DNA of 64,000 bases from Candidatus Saccharimonadota bacterium. GTDB lineage: Bacteria > Patescibacteriota > Saccharimonadia > Saccharimonadales > AWTP1-31. Below the pieces are notes generated by a model, which saw only the letters and a list, made by a program, of their open reading frames with translations, did not search any database and was not told where the DNA came from. Shown in pieces: positions 9,191-18,021 of this stretch (position 1 is the first letter of the stretch; each line of letters opens with the position of its first letter). The stretch spans positions 65,272 through 129,271 of the forward strand of contig DAISWP010000001.1 in the NCBI GenBank assembly GCA_036826335.1, written 5' to 3'. A program made the translations under genes and the position numbers.

Positions 9191-9436
9191 ATGATTTATA
9201 TTGCAATCTTGGTTTTACTGGCAATCGCAGGGATTGGCGCGTGGGTTCTGATAGTACGAAAACAAACGAAGGATGTCGTAAAGGCAGATCCTACTGTTCC
9301 TCCTGTCGATACGACAGCACTGCCAACCAATCTGCCGGCAGATACGCCGCCTGTCGATCAGCCGGTACAGCCTGCGCCAACACAGGAAGCGGCCACCCCC
9401 GATAGCCCGCCCACGACACCACCCAATCAAGTGTAG
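9191..9436 (+). CDS. Small TM-anchored Pro-rich protein
   Basis: N-terminal TM helix, then a PT/PP-rich tail. Confidence 0.4.
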   Translation: MIYIAILVLLAIAGIGAWVLIVRKQTKDVVKADPTVPPVDTTALPTNLPADTPPVDQPVQPAPTQEAATPDSPPTTPPNQV

Positions 9437-9448
9437 GTTTAGAGCCTT

Positions 9449-11251
9449 ATGCAAGAAGACCAGACTGCCAATACTGCAAAAAATGAAGAACCTCCCAAGG
9501 TTACTGGTGCCCCGCCCCTAAAAGATGCAATGGTTGTGGCTGACTCCGGCAAGGAGGGAGCTCAATACCCCGAGTCTAAGCCTGACGGAGCCAAGGATGA
9601 TGAAGGTATTGAACAGTCCGTGGATGATAAAGAGATAGAAGCAGCATTTGTTCCAGAAGAACCAACAGGAATTAGGGCGAGACTAAAGCACGTTTGGCGC
9701 GCGTATTGGGCGCGTCCAAGGGCGAAGCTGTATACGGCTATTGGGCTGGCGGTGCTGTTGGGGCTCCTTGTGGCTATACCGCCATCTCGCTACTTCTTGC
9801 TGAACAACGTCGGCGTGCGCAGTAGTGCCAGCATAACGATTTTGGATGAGACAAACCAACAGCCACTTAAAAATGTGTCTGTTTCGCTGCGTGGTCAAAC
9901 GGCAACAACCGGCAGTGATGGGAAAGTGCAGTTTTCTCATGTCAAGCTTGGTAGAACCAAGTTGGGAATAAACCGACGGGCATTTGCAACGTTAGAAAAA
10001 ACCGTCACCCTTGGCTGGGGGAGTAATCCGCTAGGCTCTGTACAGCTAAAAGCGGTTGGCGCGCAGTTTAGCCTTACGATTACCGACTGGCTGTCTAACA
10101 AGCCGATTGCAGCTGCTGAGGTAAGCAGTAATGATCTTGAAGCAGTTGCCGACAAAGACGGTAATGCCATATTGACCGTTGATACTGCAAAAGAGCAACA
10201 ATTAGAAGTCATCGTGAAAGCAACAGGCTATAGACAAGAAAAAGTTGCCTTGGGCAATGACAGCAATACGCAAAAGGTGGCATTGACATCGGTTCGTAAG
10301 CAGCCATTTATTAGTAATCGTTCAGGTAAGTACGACCTCTACAAAATAGATGTAGATGGAAAAAACGAAGAGATGGTCCTGAAGGCAACAGGCTACGAAC
10401 AGGCAGAGATGGGGCTAGTAACACACCCCACAGAAGAGATAGTAGCGTTTGTAGCAACGAGAGATAATGTACGTAACAAAGACAATTTTTTGCTTAGTAC
10501 GCTTTTGTTTATAGACCTAAGCGATAATAGTAGCGAGGTTATATCCCATGCAGAACGAATACAGGTTTTGGGCTGGACTGGGTCTAAGCTGGTGTTTGCG
10601 CAAATTACATCTGGCGCGAGTGCCTCGAGCCCTAATCGGCAGCGGCTGATGGCGTATGACTACAAGACTTCGAAGACGGTAGAGTTAGCCGCCAGCAACT
10701 CGTTTAACGACCTCGCCCTTATTGGCAACACGGTGTACTATGCACCGTCCAATGCCTATACGCCCAATGCTCCAGGTGGGTTCTATAAAATCACCGCAGA
10801 CGCTACGAATAAACAAACCTTACTCAATAAAGAAGTTTGGAATATTTTTCGGGCAGACTATTCCACGCTCAATCTTTCGGTGCAGCAGGAGTGGTATCAA
10901 TACAAAATTAGTAGCGCAGGCCAAGCTACTAAGCTGAGTGCTGCGCCAGGCGGATTAAAAAATCGGGTTTATGTAGATAGCGTAGATGGTAATCACAGCC
11001 TATGGCTGGATGAACGTGACGGTAAAGGAACCCTGCTATTATTCGATACAAAAAATGCTACCGACAAAGTAGTAAAAACTCAGGCTGGCTTGTCTAGCCC
11101 TGTACGCTGGCTCGATAATACGACGTTGGTATATCGTATTCATACGCCCCAGGAAACAGCCGATTATGTTTTGAACATCGAGGGTGGCGAGGCCAAGAAG
11201 ATTCGTGATGTAATTCATACCGATGGCGTTGATCGCTGGTACTATTACTAG
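9449..11251 (+). CDS. Envelope protein: acidic cytoplasmic N-terminus, one TM helix, two carboxypeptidase-regulatory-like beta-sandwich repeats, then a TolB-like beta-propeller
   Basis: TM at ...LYTAIGLAVLLGLLVAIPPS. Repeated ...LKNVSVSLRGQTATTGSDGKVQF... and ...ITDWLSNKPIAAAEVSSNDLEAVADKDGNA... The C-terminal part is rich in GxxYxxD-type propeller strands. Confidence 0.6.
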   Translation: MQEDQTANTAKNEEPPKVTGAPPLKDAMVVADSGKEGAQYPESKPDGAKDDEGIEQSVDDKEIEAAFVPEEPTGIRARLKHVWRAYWARPRAKLYTAIGLAVLLGLLVAIPPSRYFLLNNVGVRSSASITILDETNQQPLKNVSVSLRGQTATTGSDGKVQFSHVKLGRTKLGINRRAFATLEKTVTLGWGSNPLGSVQLKAVGAQFSLTITDWLSNKPIAAAEVSSNDLEAVADKDGNAILTVDTAKEQQLEVIVKATGYRQEKVALGNDSNTQKVALTSVRKQPFISNRSGKYDLYKIDVDGKNEEMVLKATGYEQAEMGLVTHPTEEIVAFVATRDNVRNKDNFLLSTLLFIDLSDNSSEVISHAERIQVLGWTGSKLVFAQITSGASASSPNRQRLMAYDYKTSKTVELAASNSFNDLALIGNTVYYAPSNAYTPNAPGGFYKITADATNKQTLLNKEVWNIFRADYSTLNLSVQQEWYQYKISSAGQATKLSAAPGGLKNRVYVDSVDGNHSLWLDERDGKGTLLLFDTKNATDKVVKTQAGLSSPVRWLDNTTLVYRIHTPQETADYVLNIEGGEAKKIRDVIHTDGVDRWYYY

Positions 11252-11252
11252 T

Positions 11253-11483
11253 ATGACTTCATGGAAAGAGACCAGCGACACGCTCGTTAAAGAATTTCTC
11301 TTTGCAAACTTTGCAGAAGCGTTGGCGTTTGTGAATAAGGTTGGCAACGTTGCGGAACAGCAGCAACACCACCCAGACATTGAGCTGAGTTGGGGCAAAG
11401 TGATTGTTCGGCTGACAACGCATGACAAAGGCCACGTTACCGACAAGGACCGAACGCTCGCCAGGGCGATTGACGCTTTGTAG
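11253..11483 (+). CDS. Pterin-4a-carbinolamine dehydratase (PCD/DCoH)
   Basis: ...EALAFVNKVGNVAEQQQHHPDIELSWGKVIVRLTTH... matches the PCD signature (HHPD). Start set at the ATG right after the upstream stop. Confidence 0.7.
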   Translation: MTSWKETSDTLVKEFLFANFAEALAFVNKVGNVAEQQQHHPDIELSWGKVIVRLTTHDKGHVTDKDRTLARAIDAL

Positions 11484-11504
11484 GCAGTTCTCTAGCATAG
11501 AGTT

Positions 11505-12326
11505 ATGTCCACAAAAGTCCAGAAACTAATACGCACACTCAATTCGTATTATGCAGATCACGCCAGAACATTACCCTGGCGAATACCCGAGCAGGATGGT
11601 TCCTTCGATGCCTATAAGATCCTTGTGTCAGAAATAATGCTTCAACAGACACAGGTTCCCAGGGTAATCCCGAAGTACGAGGAATTCTTAAAAACATACC
11701 CGACCCTTGAGCGGCTGGCAAAAGCCAGTCTTGCAGAAGTGCTTAGGTTGTGGAGTGGGCTTGGTTATAACAGACGGGCAAGATACCTTCATCAAACAGC
11801 ACAAATGTTGCACCAGACAAATAATTCGGAAATCCCTGCAGATCTTGATGAACTTCAAAAGCTACCAGGTATTGGCTACAACACGGCCGCAGCTATTGCC
11901 GTGTATGCGCATAACAAATCCTATGTGTTCATAGAAACCAATATCAGGACTGTGTACATACACCATTTTTTCAAAGACACAGTGGGCGTCAAAGATGAGC
12001 AGATTATTCCACTGCTTGAAGCGTCGTTAGAGGGTCAGAATCCACGAGATTTCTACTGGGCACTGATGGACTACGGCACGTACCTTAAACGAAAAGTAGG
12101 CAATAAAGCTACACAAAGCACTGTCTATAAAAAACAGTCGCAATTTCAGGGCTCGCTTCGTCAGCTTCGGGGGCAAGTATTAAGAGAGCTACACAAGAGC
12201 AAGCTCACCAAAAAACAACTTATGCATCGTTTAGCCGATGACAGAGCGGGGCTCGTAATAAATGATCTTGTCGATGAGGGCCTGATCTATCTTGATCGTA
12301 AGTGTTATGCGCTTGGTTCTCTCTAG
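11505..12326 (+). CDS. HhH-GPD base-excision DNA glycosylase (MutY/Nth-like) without an Fe-S cysteine cluster
   Basis: LQQTQVPRVIPKYEEFLKTYPT...LWSGLGYNRRARYL...LPGIGYNTAAAIA closely parallels the MutY N-terminal and HhH-GPD region. No C-x6-C-x2-C-x5-C motif. No NUDIX-like C-terminal domain. Confidence 0.7.
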   Translation: MSTKVQKLIRTLNSYYADHARTLPWRIPEQDGSFDAYKILVSEIMLQQTQVPRVIPKYEEFLKTYPTLERLAKASLAEVLRLWSGLGYNRRARYLHQTAQMLHQTNNSEIPADLDELQKLPGIGYNTAAAIAVYAHNKSYVFIETNIRTVYIHHFFKDTVGVKDEQIIPLLEASLEGQNPRDFYWALMDYGTYLKRKVGNKATQSTVYKKQSQFQGSLRQLRGQVLRELHKSKLTKKQLMHRLADDRAGLVINDLVDEGLIYLDRKCYALGSL

Positions 12327-12374
12327 ATTGTGGTAAAATGGCACAAGAATATAAGCATAAAGGTTATTTAGTTC

Positions 12375-13094
12375 ATGAAAAAAAGATTACAAATTATTGC
12401 AGCCACATTACTGCTTGCTGGCCCACTCGTAGTTAGCCCATTGGCCATGGCCGAGAGTACGACTTCTGGTACGTCAAGTTCACCCTCCGCAACGACCGAG
12501 AACGAAAACGAGGCGGAAAAAGAAACAGAGACTCCAGAGCAAGAAATTAAGCGACTTACTGAGGCGGAAGACAAAAAAGACACCAAAGAGCAGCGAATAA
12601 AAAGCCGCGTCGCTGAGTTCAAAATTAAGTTAACGGTTGCGGAGATAGCCAAGCTAAAAACCAAGTGTGTTGGTGCCCAAGCAGTCCTAAAAACAGTCGA
12701 GACTCGTGTCGATAACGGTGTAACAGCAAGAAGTAACGCATACGATGAACTGCTTTCCCACCTAGACGGCATTATCAAAAAACTCAAAGCAGCCAATGTC
12801 AGTACGACGCAACTCGAAGAAGAGCGTGCTGTTTTGAAGACCAAAATTGATGCGTTCAAGACTGACCTGGCAAAGTATAAAGTAGCATTGGCCGATACAC
12901 GAGCCATGGGATGTGCTGCAGACCCAAGTGCGTTCAAGGCTTCGCTGGAGGCAACTCGTGCTGCTCGCAAAAAAGTTGCAGATGACGCAGCTGCTATCCG
13001 TAGTTACGTAACAAGCACAATCAAGCCGACTCTCAAGGCGCTTCACGATGAACTTGACGCTACAAAATCCACCGATACAGAAGGAGCTAACTAG
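12375..13094 (+). CDS. Secreted coiled-coil protein (239 aa)
   Basis: Signal peptide MKKRLQIIAATLLLAGPLVVSPLAMA. Long Glu/Lys/Ala-rich heptad-like region. Confidence 0.5.
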   Translation: MKKRLQIIAATLLLAGPLVVSPLAMAESTTSGTSSSPSATTENENEAEKETETPEQEIKRLTEAEDKKDTKEQRIKSRVAEFKIKLTVAEIAKLKTKCVGAQAVLKTVETRVDNGVTARSNAYDELLSHLDGIIKKLKAANVSTTQLEEERAVLKTKIDAFKTDLAKYKVALADTRAMGCAADPSAFKASLEATRAARKKVADDAAAIRSYVTSTIKPTLKALHDELDATKSTDTEGAN

Positions 13095-13096
13095 TC

Positions 13097-13747
13097 ATGG
13101 ACACGAACAGAAGCCCAGCAGAAGCAAGTGATAACAGCGACGCGGTATCAATACCTGTAACAGTTAGTGCTGCGAACAAACCCGCCACACCCGCTCCTTT
13201 ACCAGTGACTCCTAGTGTTGCGAGTGCGCCAGTACTGCCACCTGAAGAGGTTGAAGAAGTTAATCAGAAGGCAGTCGAGGAGAGCCCGGTTGTTGAAGCT
13301 ATAGCAAGTCAGATGTCTGAGCCCAGCCTAACCTCCGCCGAAGTGCCGGCTCCAACCATAAAAGACGACATGCCTGTAGCAAAACCAATGGGCAGAAGCC
13401 TTCAGGAATTAGCGGCAGAAGAAGACGCGCGTAATAACCCAGCTGCTCCAGAAGTTCCTGTAGAGAGCCCAGAACCAAACAAGCCTAAGTCAAAGAAAAG
13501 CCCAATAGTCTTTGTGGCTGCATTGCTCGTACTAGCCCTTGTTGGCGGCGGTGCGTTTGCATATTGGCAAAGTAGCAACAAAACAACGCCTACGGCTAGC
13601 ACTAATAACACCACCCAGACTGAGAAAAAGGTAAATGCTGACGACATCAACAAAGTCAGCACAGATTTAGACACAAGTTTAAAGAAAATTGACGATACAA
13701 AAGACTTTAGCACGACCGATCTAGCTGACGCTGCACTCGGGCTATAG
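13097..13747 (+). CDS. Pro/Ala-rich single-pass membrane protein (216 aa)
   Basis: Stop of the upstream gene is 3 nt before this ATG. Internal TM IVFVAALLVLALVGGGAFAYW. Confidence 0.45.
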   Translation: MDTNRSPAEASDNSDAVSIPVTVSAANKPATPAPLPVTPSVASAPVLPPEEVEEVNQKAVEESPVVEAIASQMSEPSLTSAEVPAPTIKDDMPVAKPMGRSLQELAAEEDARNNPAAPEVPVESPEPNKPKSKKSPIVFVAALLVLALVGGGAFAYWQSSNKTTPTASTNNTTQTEKKVNADDINKVSTDLDTSLKKIDDTKDFSTTDLADAALGL

Positions 13748-13760
13748 ATGACGCTGCTGT

Positions 13761-14378
13761 TTGCAGGGTAAAACATTTACCAGTACACTGTCGGCTATGA
13801 CAGATTCATTTCAGAATTTTGAATCAGACAAACTGGTTAGTTTGCTTCAAAATGGCAGTCTAGGGGTTTTGCCGACTGATACATTATATGGACTTGTGTG
13901 TGCTGCAAAAAACAAGGCGGCAGTCGAACGACTGTATGAACTAAAATCTAGAGAAAAAAAGCCAGGGACAATTATTGCTGCCGGCATAGATCAGCTCGTA
14001 GAGCTGGGCCTAAAGCGTCGTTACTTGAAGGCAGTTGAGGGCTACTGGCCTGACGCGGTGAGCATAGTCATTCCCACCATTGATCCAAGTACAGCCTATT
14101 TACGACAAGAATTGCTTGGATTAGCAGTGCGCGTTGTTGCAGACAAGAAACTGATTGAATTACTTCTGCACACGGGGCCTTTACTAACGACGAGTGCGAA
14201 CCTCCCGGGAGAAAAGCCGGCGGACACAATAGAGGAAGCCAGAGAATATTTTGGTGACAAAGTAGATTTCTACGTGGATGGTGGTAGCCTAAAAGATCGC
14301 AAACCGTCTACCCTCATTCGGATTGTTGACGATGCCGTTGAAATCCTGCGCGAAGGGGCTGTTACAATAAGAGGGTGA
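13761..14378 (+). CDS. tsaC: L-threonylcarbamoyladenylate synthase (YrdC/Sua5 family)
   Basis: GVLPTDTLYGLVCAA and ...LLTTSANLPGEKP... YrdC motifs. The real start may be the Met at 13797. Confidence 0.75.
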   Translation: MQGKTFTSTLSAMTDSFQNFESDKLVSLLQNGSLGVLPTDTLYGLVCAAKNKAAVERLYELKSREKKPGTIIAAGIDQLVELGLKRRYLKAVEGYWPDAVSIVIPTIDPSTAYLRQELLGLAVRVVADKKLIELLLHTGPLLTTSANLPGEKPADTIEEAREYFGDKVDFYVDGGSLKDRKPSTLIRIVDDAVEILREGAVTIRG

Positions 14379-14833
14379 CCGACTACAGCACCCAGACACC
14401 TCATCTAGCTAGTTTCGTGATTTTAAAAAATCCTGCGGGTAAAATCGCCATGGTTCTGCGAACGGGCACGGGCTGGATGGATGGTCACTTCGGATTGCCT
14501 TCTGGCAAAGTTGAAAATTGCGAAATGTACAAGGCAGCTGCTGTGCGTGAAGCATTTGAAGAAGTCGGCGCCGTAATCGATCAACGTGATCTTAAGCATG
14601 CGATCACGCAACATTATCTCGAAACAAAATATCCAGAGAACAGCTGGGTTAACGTGCTGTTTTTGGTCGAGAAGTGGACTGGTGAACTAGTCAACAAGGA
14701 GAAAGATAAACATGGTAATATCAGTTGGTTTGAGCCTGAGGCTCTTCCCGATAACACTGTTCCTGCTGTTCGACAGGCTTTGGAAGAATATGCTAATGGG
14801 AAAAATTACTGTGAATTTCAATGGGAGGAATAA
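14375..14833 (+). CDS. NUDIX hydrolase
   Basis: Nudix box GKVENCEMYKAAAVREAFEEVGA. GTG start overlaps the tsaC stop. Confidence 0.75.
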   Translation: MTDYSTQTPHLASFVILKNPAGKIAMVLRTGTGWMDGHFGLPSGKVENCEMYKAAAVREAFEEVGAVIDQRDLKHAITQHYLETKYPENSWVNVLFLVEKWTGELVNKEKDKHGNISWFEPEALPDNTVPAVRQALEEYANGKNYCEFQWEE

Positions 14834-15165
14834 TGACATTTGATGAATATCAAAAGCTTGCCCTAACCACTGCGCACAACCATCCAGATGCGCTTATGGA
14901 TAAAACCATTTGGGCTATGGGTGTCGCTGGTGAGGCTGGTGAAGTTGTCGAAAAATGGAAGAAGATTGTTGCCTACAAGGAAGGTGTCGTCTCGGAGGAG
15001 GACAAAGAAGATTTGCGTAAAGAGCTCGGTGATGTAGTTTGGTACATCGCGGTTTTGGCGCATAGTCTGGGGTTATCTTTTGAGGAAGTTATGCGAACAA
15101 ATGTTGCAAAATTGGCGGATCGCAAAAAGCGAGGAGTCATCAAAGGCAAAGGAGATAATCGTTGA
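14833..15165 (+). CDS. MazG-like nucleotide pyrophosphohydrolase
   Basis: GEAGEVVEKWKK...ELGDVVWYIAVLAHSLG is EExxE/D-type MazG helical core. GGGAGG SD. The ATG shares a nucleotide with the NUDIX stop (TAATG). Confidence 0.65.
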   Translation: MTFDEYQKLALTTAHNHPDALMDKTIWAMGVAGEAGEVVEKWKKIVAYKEGVVSEEDKEDLRKELGDVVWYIAVLAHSLGLSFEEVMRTNVAKLADRKKRGVIKGKGDNR

Positions 15166-15617
15166 ATAATATTGAAGAATCTATCAAGGCGTATGTTGGC
15201 CAGGCAAATATTATGCAACTTGGGACTTCTGAGAATGATCAACCGTGGATCTGCACCCTACATTTCTACTCGGATCCTGACTTAAACTTCTATTGGTGCA
15301 GTACAACCGATAGGAGGCATTCGAAAGAACTTGCGCACAATTCTAAGGCTGCCTGCTATGTGTTGGTGCACGAAAATACACCAGAAGAAGATTACGTTAT
15401 TGGGATTTCCGTAGAAGGAAAGGCCGAATTGGTCCATGGCGGTGAAGTAGCTGCTGCCGTCAAAGGTTATGTAGAAAAACTCGGTAAAGACGAGGCTACT
15501 TTACAGAGTATTCTTTCAGGTAAAAAGCCTTTCTATAGGCTAAAAGCTGAGCAGATTGTTCTATTTAACAATAAGGACTTTCCAGAAAACCCACGCCAGG
15601 TGATCAGACTAAACTAG
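15162..15617 (+). CDS. PNPOx-like FMN-binding split-barrel protein
   Basis: General pyridoxamine-5'-phosphate-oxidase-like fold pattern. TTG start overlaps the MazG stop. Confidence 0.5.
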   Translation: MNNIEESIKAYVGQANIMQLGTSENDQPWICTLHFYSDPDLNFYWCSTTDRRHSKELAHNSKAACYVLVHENTPEEDYVIGISVEGKAELVHGGEVAAAVKGYVEKLGKDEATLQSILSGKKPFYRLKAEQIVLFNNKDFPENPRQVIRLN

Positions 15618-15618
15618 T

Positions 15619-16911
15619 TTATTTAACAAATTTTTCGCGGAGCCATTCGTCCAATGAGTCGCCGCCACCGCCGGCCATGCCAACGACCATGTCACCATTG
15701 TCTAGGTGCTTTTGGATGGCTGTCTGAAGCATCGCGTCACGCTTCATGGCCGTTGCTACGGTAGGATCTGCCAGGCGGGTGATGAGTTCAGAGGGTTCGA
15801 TGATACGTTGATTGGGATCTTCGCGGGCAAGATAGCTTGGTATCCAATACACGTGCTCCGCTCCAGCGAAGCAGTCGCCATAATCGTCCGCCATAAAATG
15901 CTGCCGCCGGTTTGTCAGGGGTTCGTAAACAACCACAACTTTTTGGTTGCGCTCCTCCGCCATCTCAAGTGCGACGCTCATAGCACCTCGAATCTTCTCA
16001 GGTGTGTGCGCGTAGTCTGAGTACAATCCAGGAATAAGCTGTTCCATTCGTCGCTGCAGTCCAGGAAACGCTTCAATGTGCTGCACTAACTTCTCAAGTG
16101 GTACTTTTGTCACCCGATGCGCTGCCTCTATGGCGAGCCATGCGTCCAGGCGGTTGTAAAGGCCGTTTATCTTCATATTGGCAATGTGGGGATTGTCGGT
16201 ATCTAGAATAGAAATGGCGTTGTTCGTTACGCGCAGATAGTCGAAATCCTCGCGCCACAGTACTGTGTGCTCGGATTGCCCAATAAAGTCGGCAAATGCT
16301 TGCTGGTAGTCTTCGCGGGTTGGGTAAATCTCGTGATGGTCCCAACTGACACCGGTAATGAGGCTAAGAGAGGGCTCGAAAGCCAAAAAGTTGCGGTCAA
16401 ATTCGTCACATTCATACACGAAGTATTCGCTAGCTGGATCAAAATGCCCCATGTCACCAAAACTAATTTTTGCCCCGACACTATAGCTGACCGGAACACC
16501 GAGCTGCTTAAATAGCCAAATTACCATAGCTGTAGTTGTGGTTTTGCCGTGTGTACCGGCGACAGCAAGGAGCTTTAGGTTCTTGTCCGCAAGAATTTGG
16601 TTGGTAAGTTCGTCGCGCTTACTTTTCTTTATCTTGTTTTGATGCACAAACTGCAGTTCAGCTGCATCTGGGTGCTCTTTTTCTACGGCAGACGAGTAAA
16701 CGAACCAGTCGATAGGTTGGGTAGTGTGTACGGCGGCGATTTTCTCTTTGTCTTGCCCGATATGGATATTGGTTATCCCGTGATCACGCAAGTACTGTAT
16801 GTATTGAGAGTCTTGCTTGTCCGAGCCCGAAACTTGGTAGCCTGCCTGCTTAGCAATCAATGCCAACGGGCCTATGCCAGCGCCACCGATACCACTAAAG
16901 AATATGTGCAT
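15619..16911 (-). CDS. murC: Mur ligase family, UDP-N-acetylmuramate-L-alanine ligase (MurC) or Mpl-like
   Basis: N-terminal MHIFFSGIGGAGIGPLALIAKQAGYQVSGSD. ATP-binding GTHGKTTTTAMV. Confidence 0.7.
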   Translation of the reverse strand: MHIFFSGIGGAGIGPLALIAKQAGYQVSGSDKQDSQYIQYLRDHGITNIHIGQDKEKIAAVHTTQPIDWFVYSSAVEKEHPDAAELQFVHQNKIKKSKRDELTNQILADKNLKLLAVAGTHGKTTTTAMVIWLFKQLGVPVSYSVGAKISFGDMGHFDPASEYFVYECDEFDRNFLAFEPSLSLITGVSWDHHEIYPTREDYQQAFADFIGQSEHTVLWREDFDYLRVTNNAISILDTDNPHIANMKINGLYNRLDAWLAIEAAHRVTKVPLEKLVQHIEAFPGLQRRMEQLIPGLYSDYAHTPEKIRGAMSVALEMAEERNQKVVVVYEPLTNRRQHFMADDYGDCFAGAEHVYWIPSYLAREDPNQRIIEPSELITRLADPTVATAMKRDAMLQTAIQKHLDNGDMVVGMAGGGGDSLDEWLREKFVK

Positions 16912-16978
16912 ACCATAAGTCTAGCACGCACCCCTGATAATTGTGCTAAACTTGTGATGTAACATAGCCATAACAAAT

Positions 16979-17593
16979 ATGCGAAAACGAGCACCCAAAC
17001 GAGCCATTCATCACCTGCACAGGGTTAACCCATGGATATTTTTTGCTATCTCGCTTTTCTTTGGCGCAATCTGTATCGTGTCGCTACGAAACAATAATCT
17101 AACAGCATTAAAACTGCGAGACACGGTTAACCAGGTAGACAAAGACAACGGAGATGTAGAAGCTGCACTAAGAAATCTACGTGAGTATATGTATAGCCAT
17201 ATGAACACTAATCTTTCTACCGGCCCCAACGCAGTTAAGCCGCCTATACAACTAAAGTATCGCTATGAACGCCTAGTCCAGGCCGAGAATGAGCGTGCAG
17301 GACAGCAAAACGACAAGGTGTATACCGATGCCCAGACCGAATGTGAAAAACAGTTTCCAAAGGGTCTCTCAGGTAGCGGCCGCATACCGTGCATCAAAGA
17401 CTACATAGAGAGTCATGGTGGTGCAAAACAGCAGACAATACCCGATTCGCTATACAAGTTTGACTTCGTTTCGCCGCTTTGGTCGCCAGATCTGGCGGGT
17501 TGGAGCATGCTCATAGCGGCGGTATCGCTATGTTTATTCCTCTTCAGATTTGTGTCGGATAGGTGGATTCGGGCAGACCTACGCAATCTGTAG
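16979..17593 (+). CDS. Hypothetical two-TM membrane protein (204 aa)
   Basis: Hydrophobic helices near the N- and C-termini. No recognisable domain. Confidence 0.45.
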   Translation: MRKRAPKRAIHHLHRVNPWIFFAISLFFGAICIVSLRNNNLTALKLRDTVNQVDKDNGDVEAALRNLREYMYSHMNTNLSTGPNAVKPPIQLKYRYERLVQAENERAGQQNDKVYTDAQTECEKQFPKGLSGSGRIPCIKDYIESHGGAKQQTIPDSLYKFDFVSPLWSPDLAGWSMLIAAVSLCLFLFRFVSDRWIRADLRNL

Positions 17594-17724
17594 AAGCGGT
17601 ACTTACAACAGGTTATAACAGGGGTCATAAGAGACGGGCTCTCAAATAATAGTTGACAACCTAAAACCGACAGGGGTATGGTAGGTGGGCAAACATAATT
17701 TCAAGAGAGGGAGATTGTAGACCT

Positions 17725-17922
17725 ATGGCTTACAAGCACACAAACTCAAAAGGTGTAACATACCACCTAAACTCAAAGAACGTAGTTCTTCGTGGTGGCA
17801 AAGAGCAGACAATTTATTACTTCAGCAAGGACGAGCGCCCAGAAGGCACTGACCTTCCTGCAGGTTTTGAAGTAAACGAAAACCCACGCAACGGCTTCCT
17901 AACCGTCAAGCGAACTAAATAA
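17725..17922 (+). CDS. Small basic hypothetical protein (65 aa)
   Basis: GAGGGAG SD. Own intrinsic terminator 23 nt downstream. Confidence 0.4.
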   Translation: MAYKHTNSKGVTYHLNSKNVVLRGGKEQTIYYFSKDERPEGTDLPAGFEVNENPRNGFLTVKRTK

Positions 17923-17944
17923 TCCCGACTTTCAGATGGGAACG

Positions 17945-17972
17945 CGACCCGGGCACCACCCGGGTCGTTTTT
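17945..17972 (+). terminator. Rho-independent terminator (CGACCCGGG-cacca-CCCGGGTCG + TTTTT)
   Basis: 9-bp perfect GC-rich stem followed by a T-run. Confidence 0.6.
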
Positions 17973-18021
17973 AGTGTAAATTACAATAAACACTCCCAAG
18001 CGCCTTTGATATACTGCGTAC

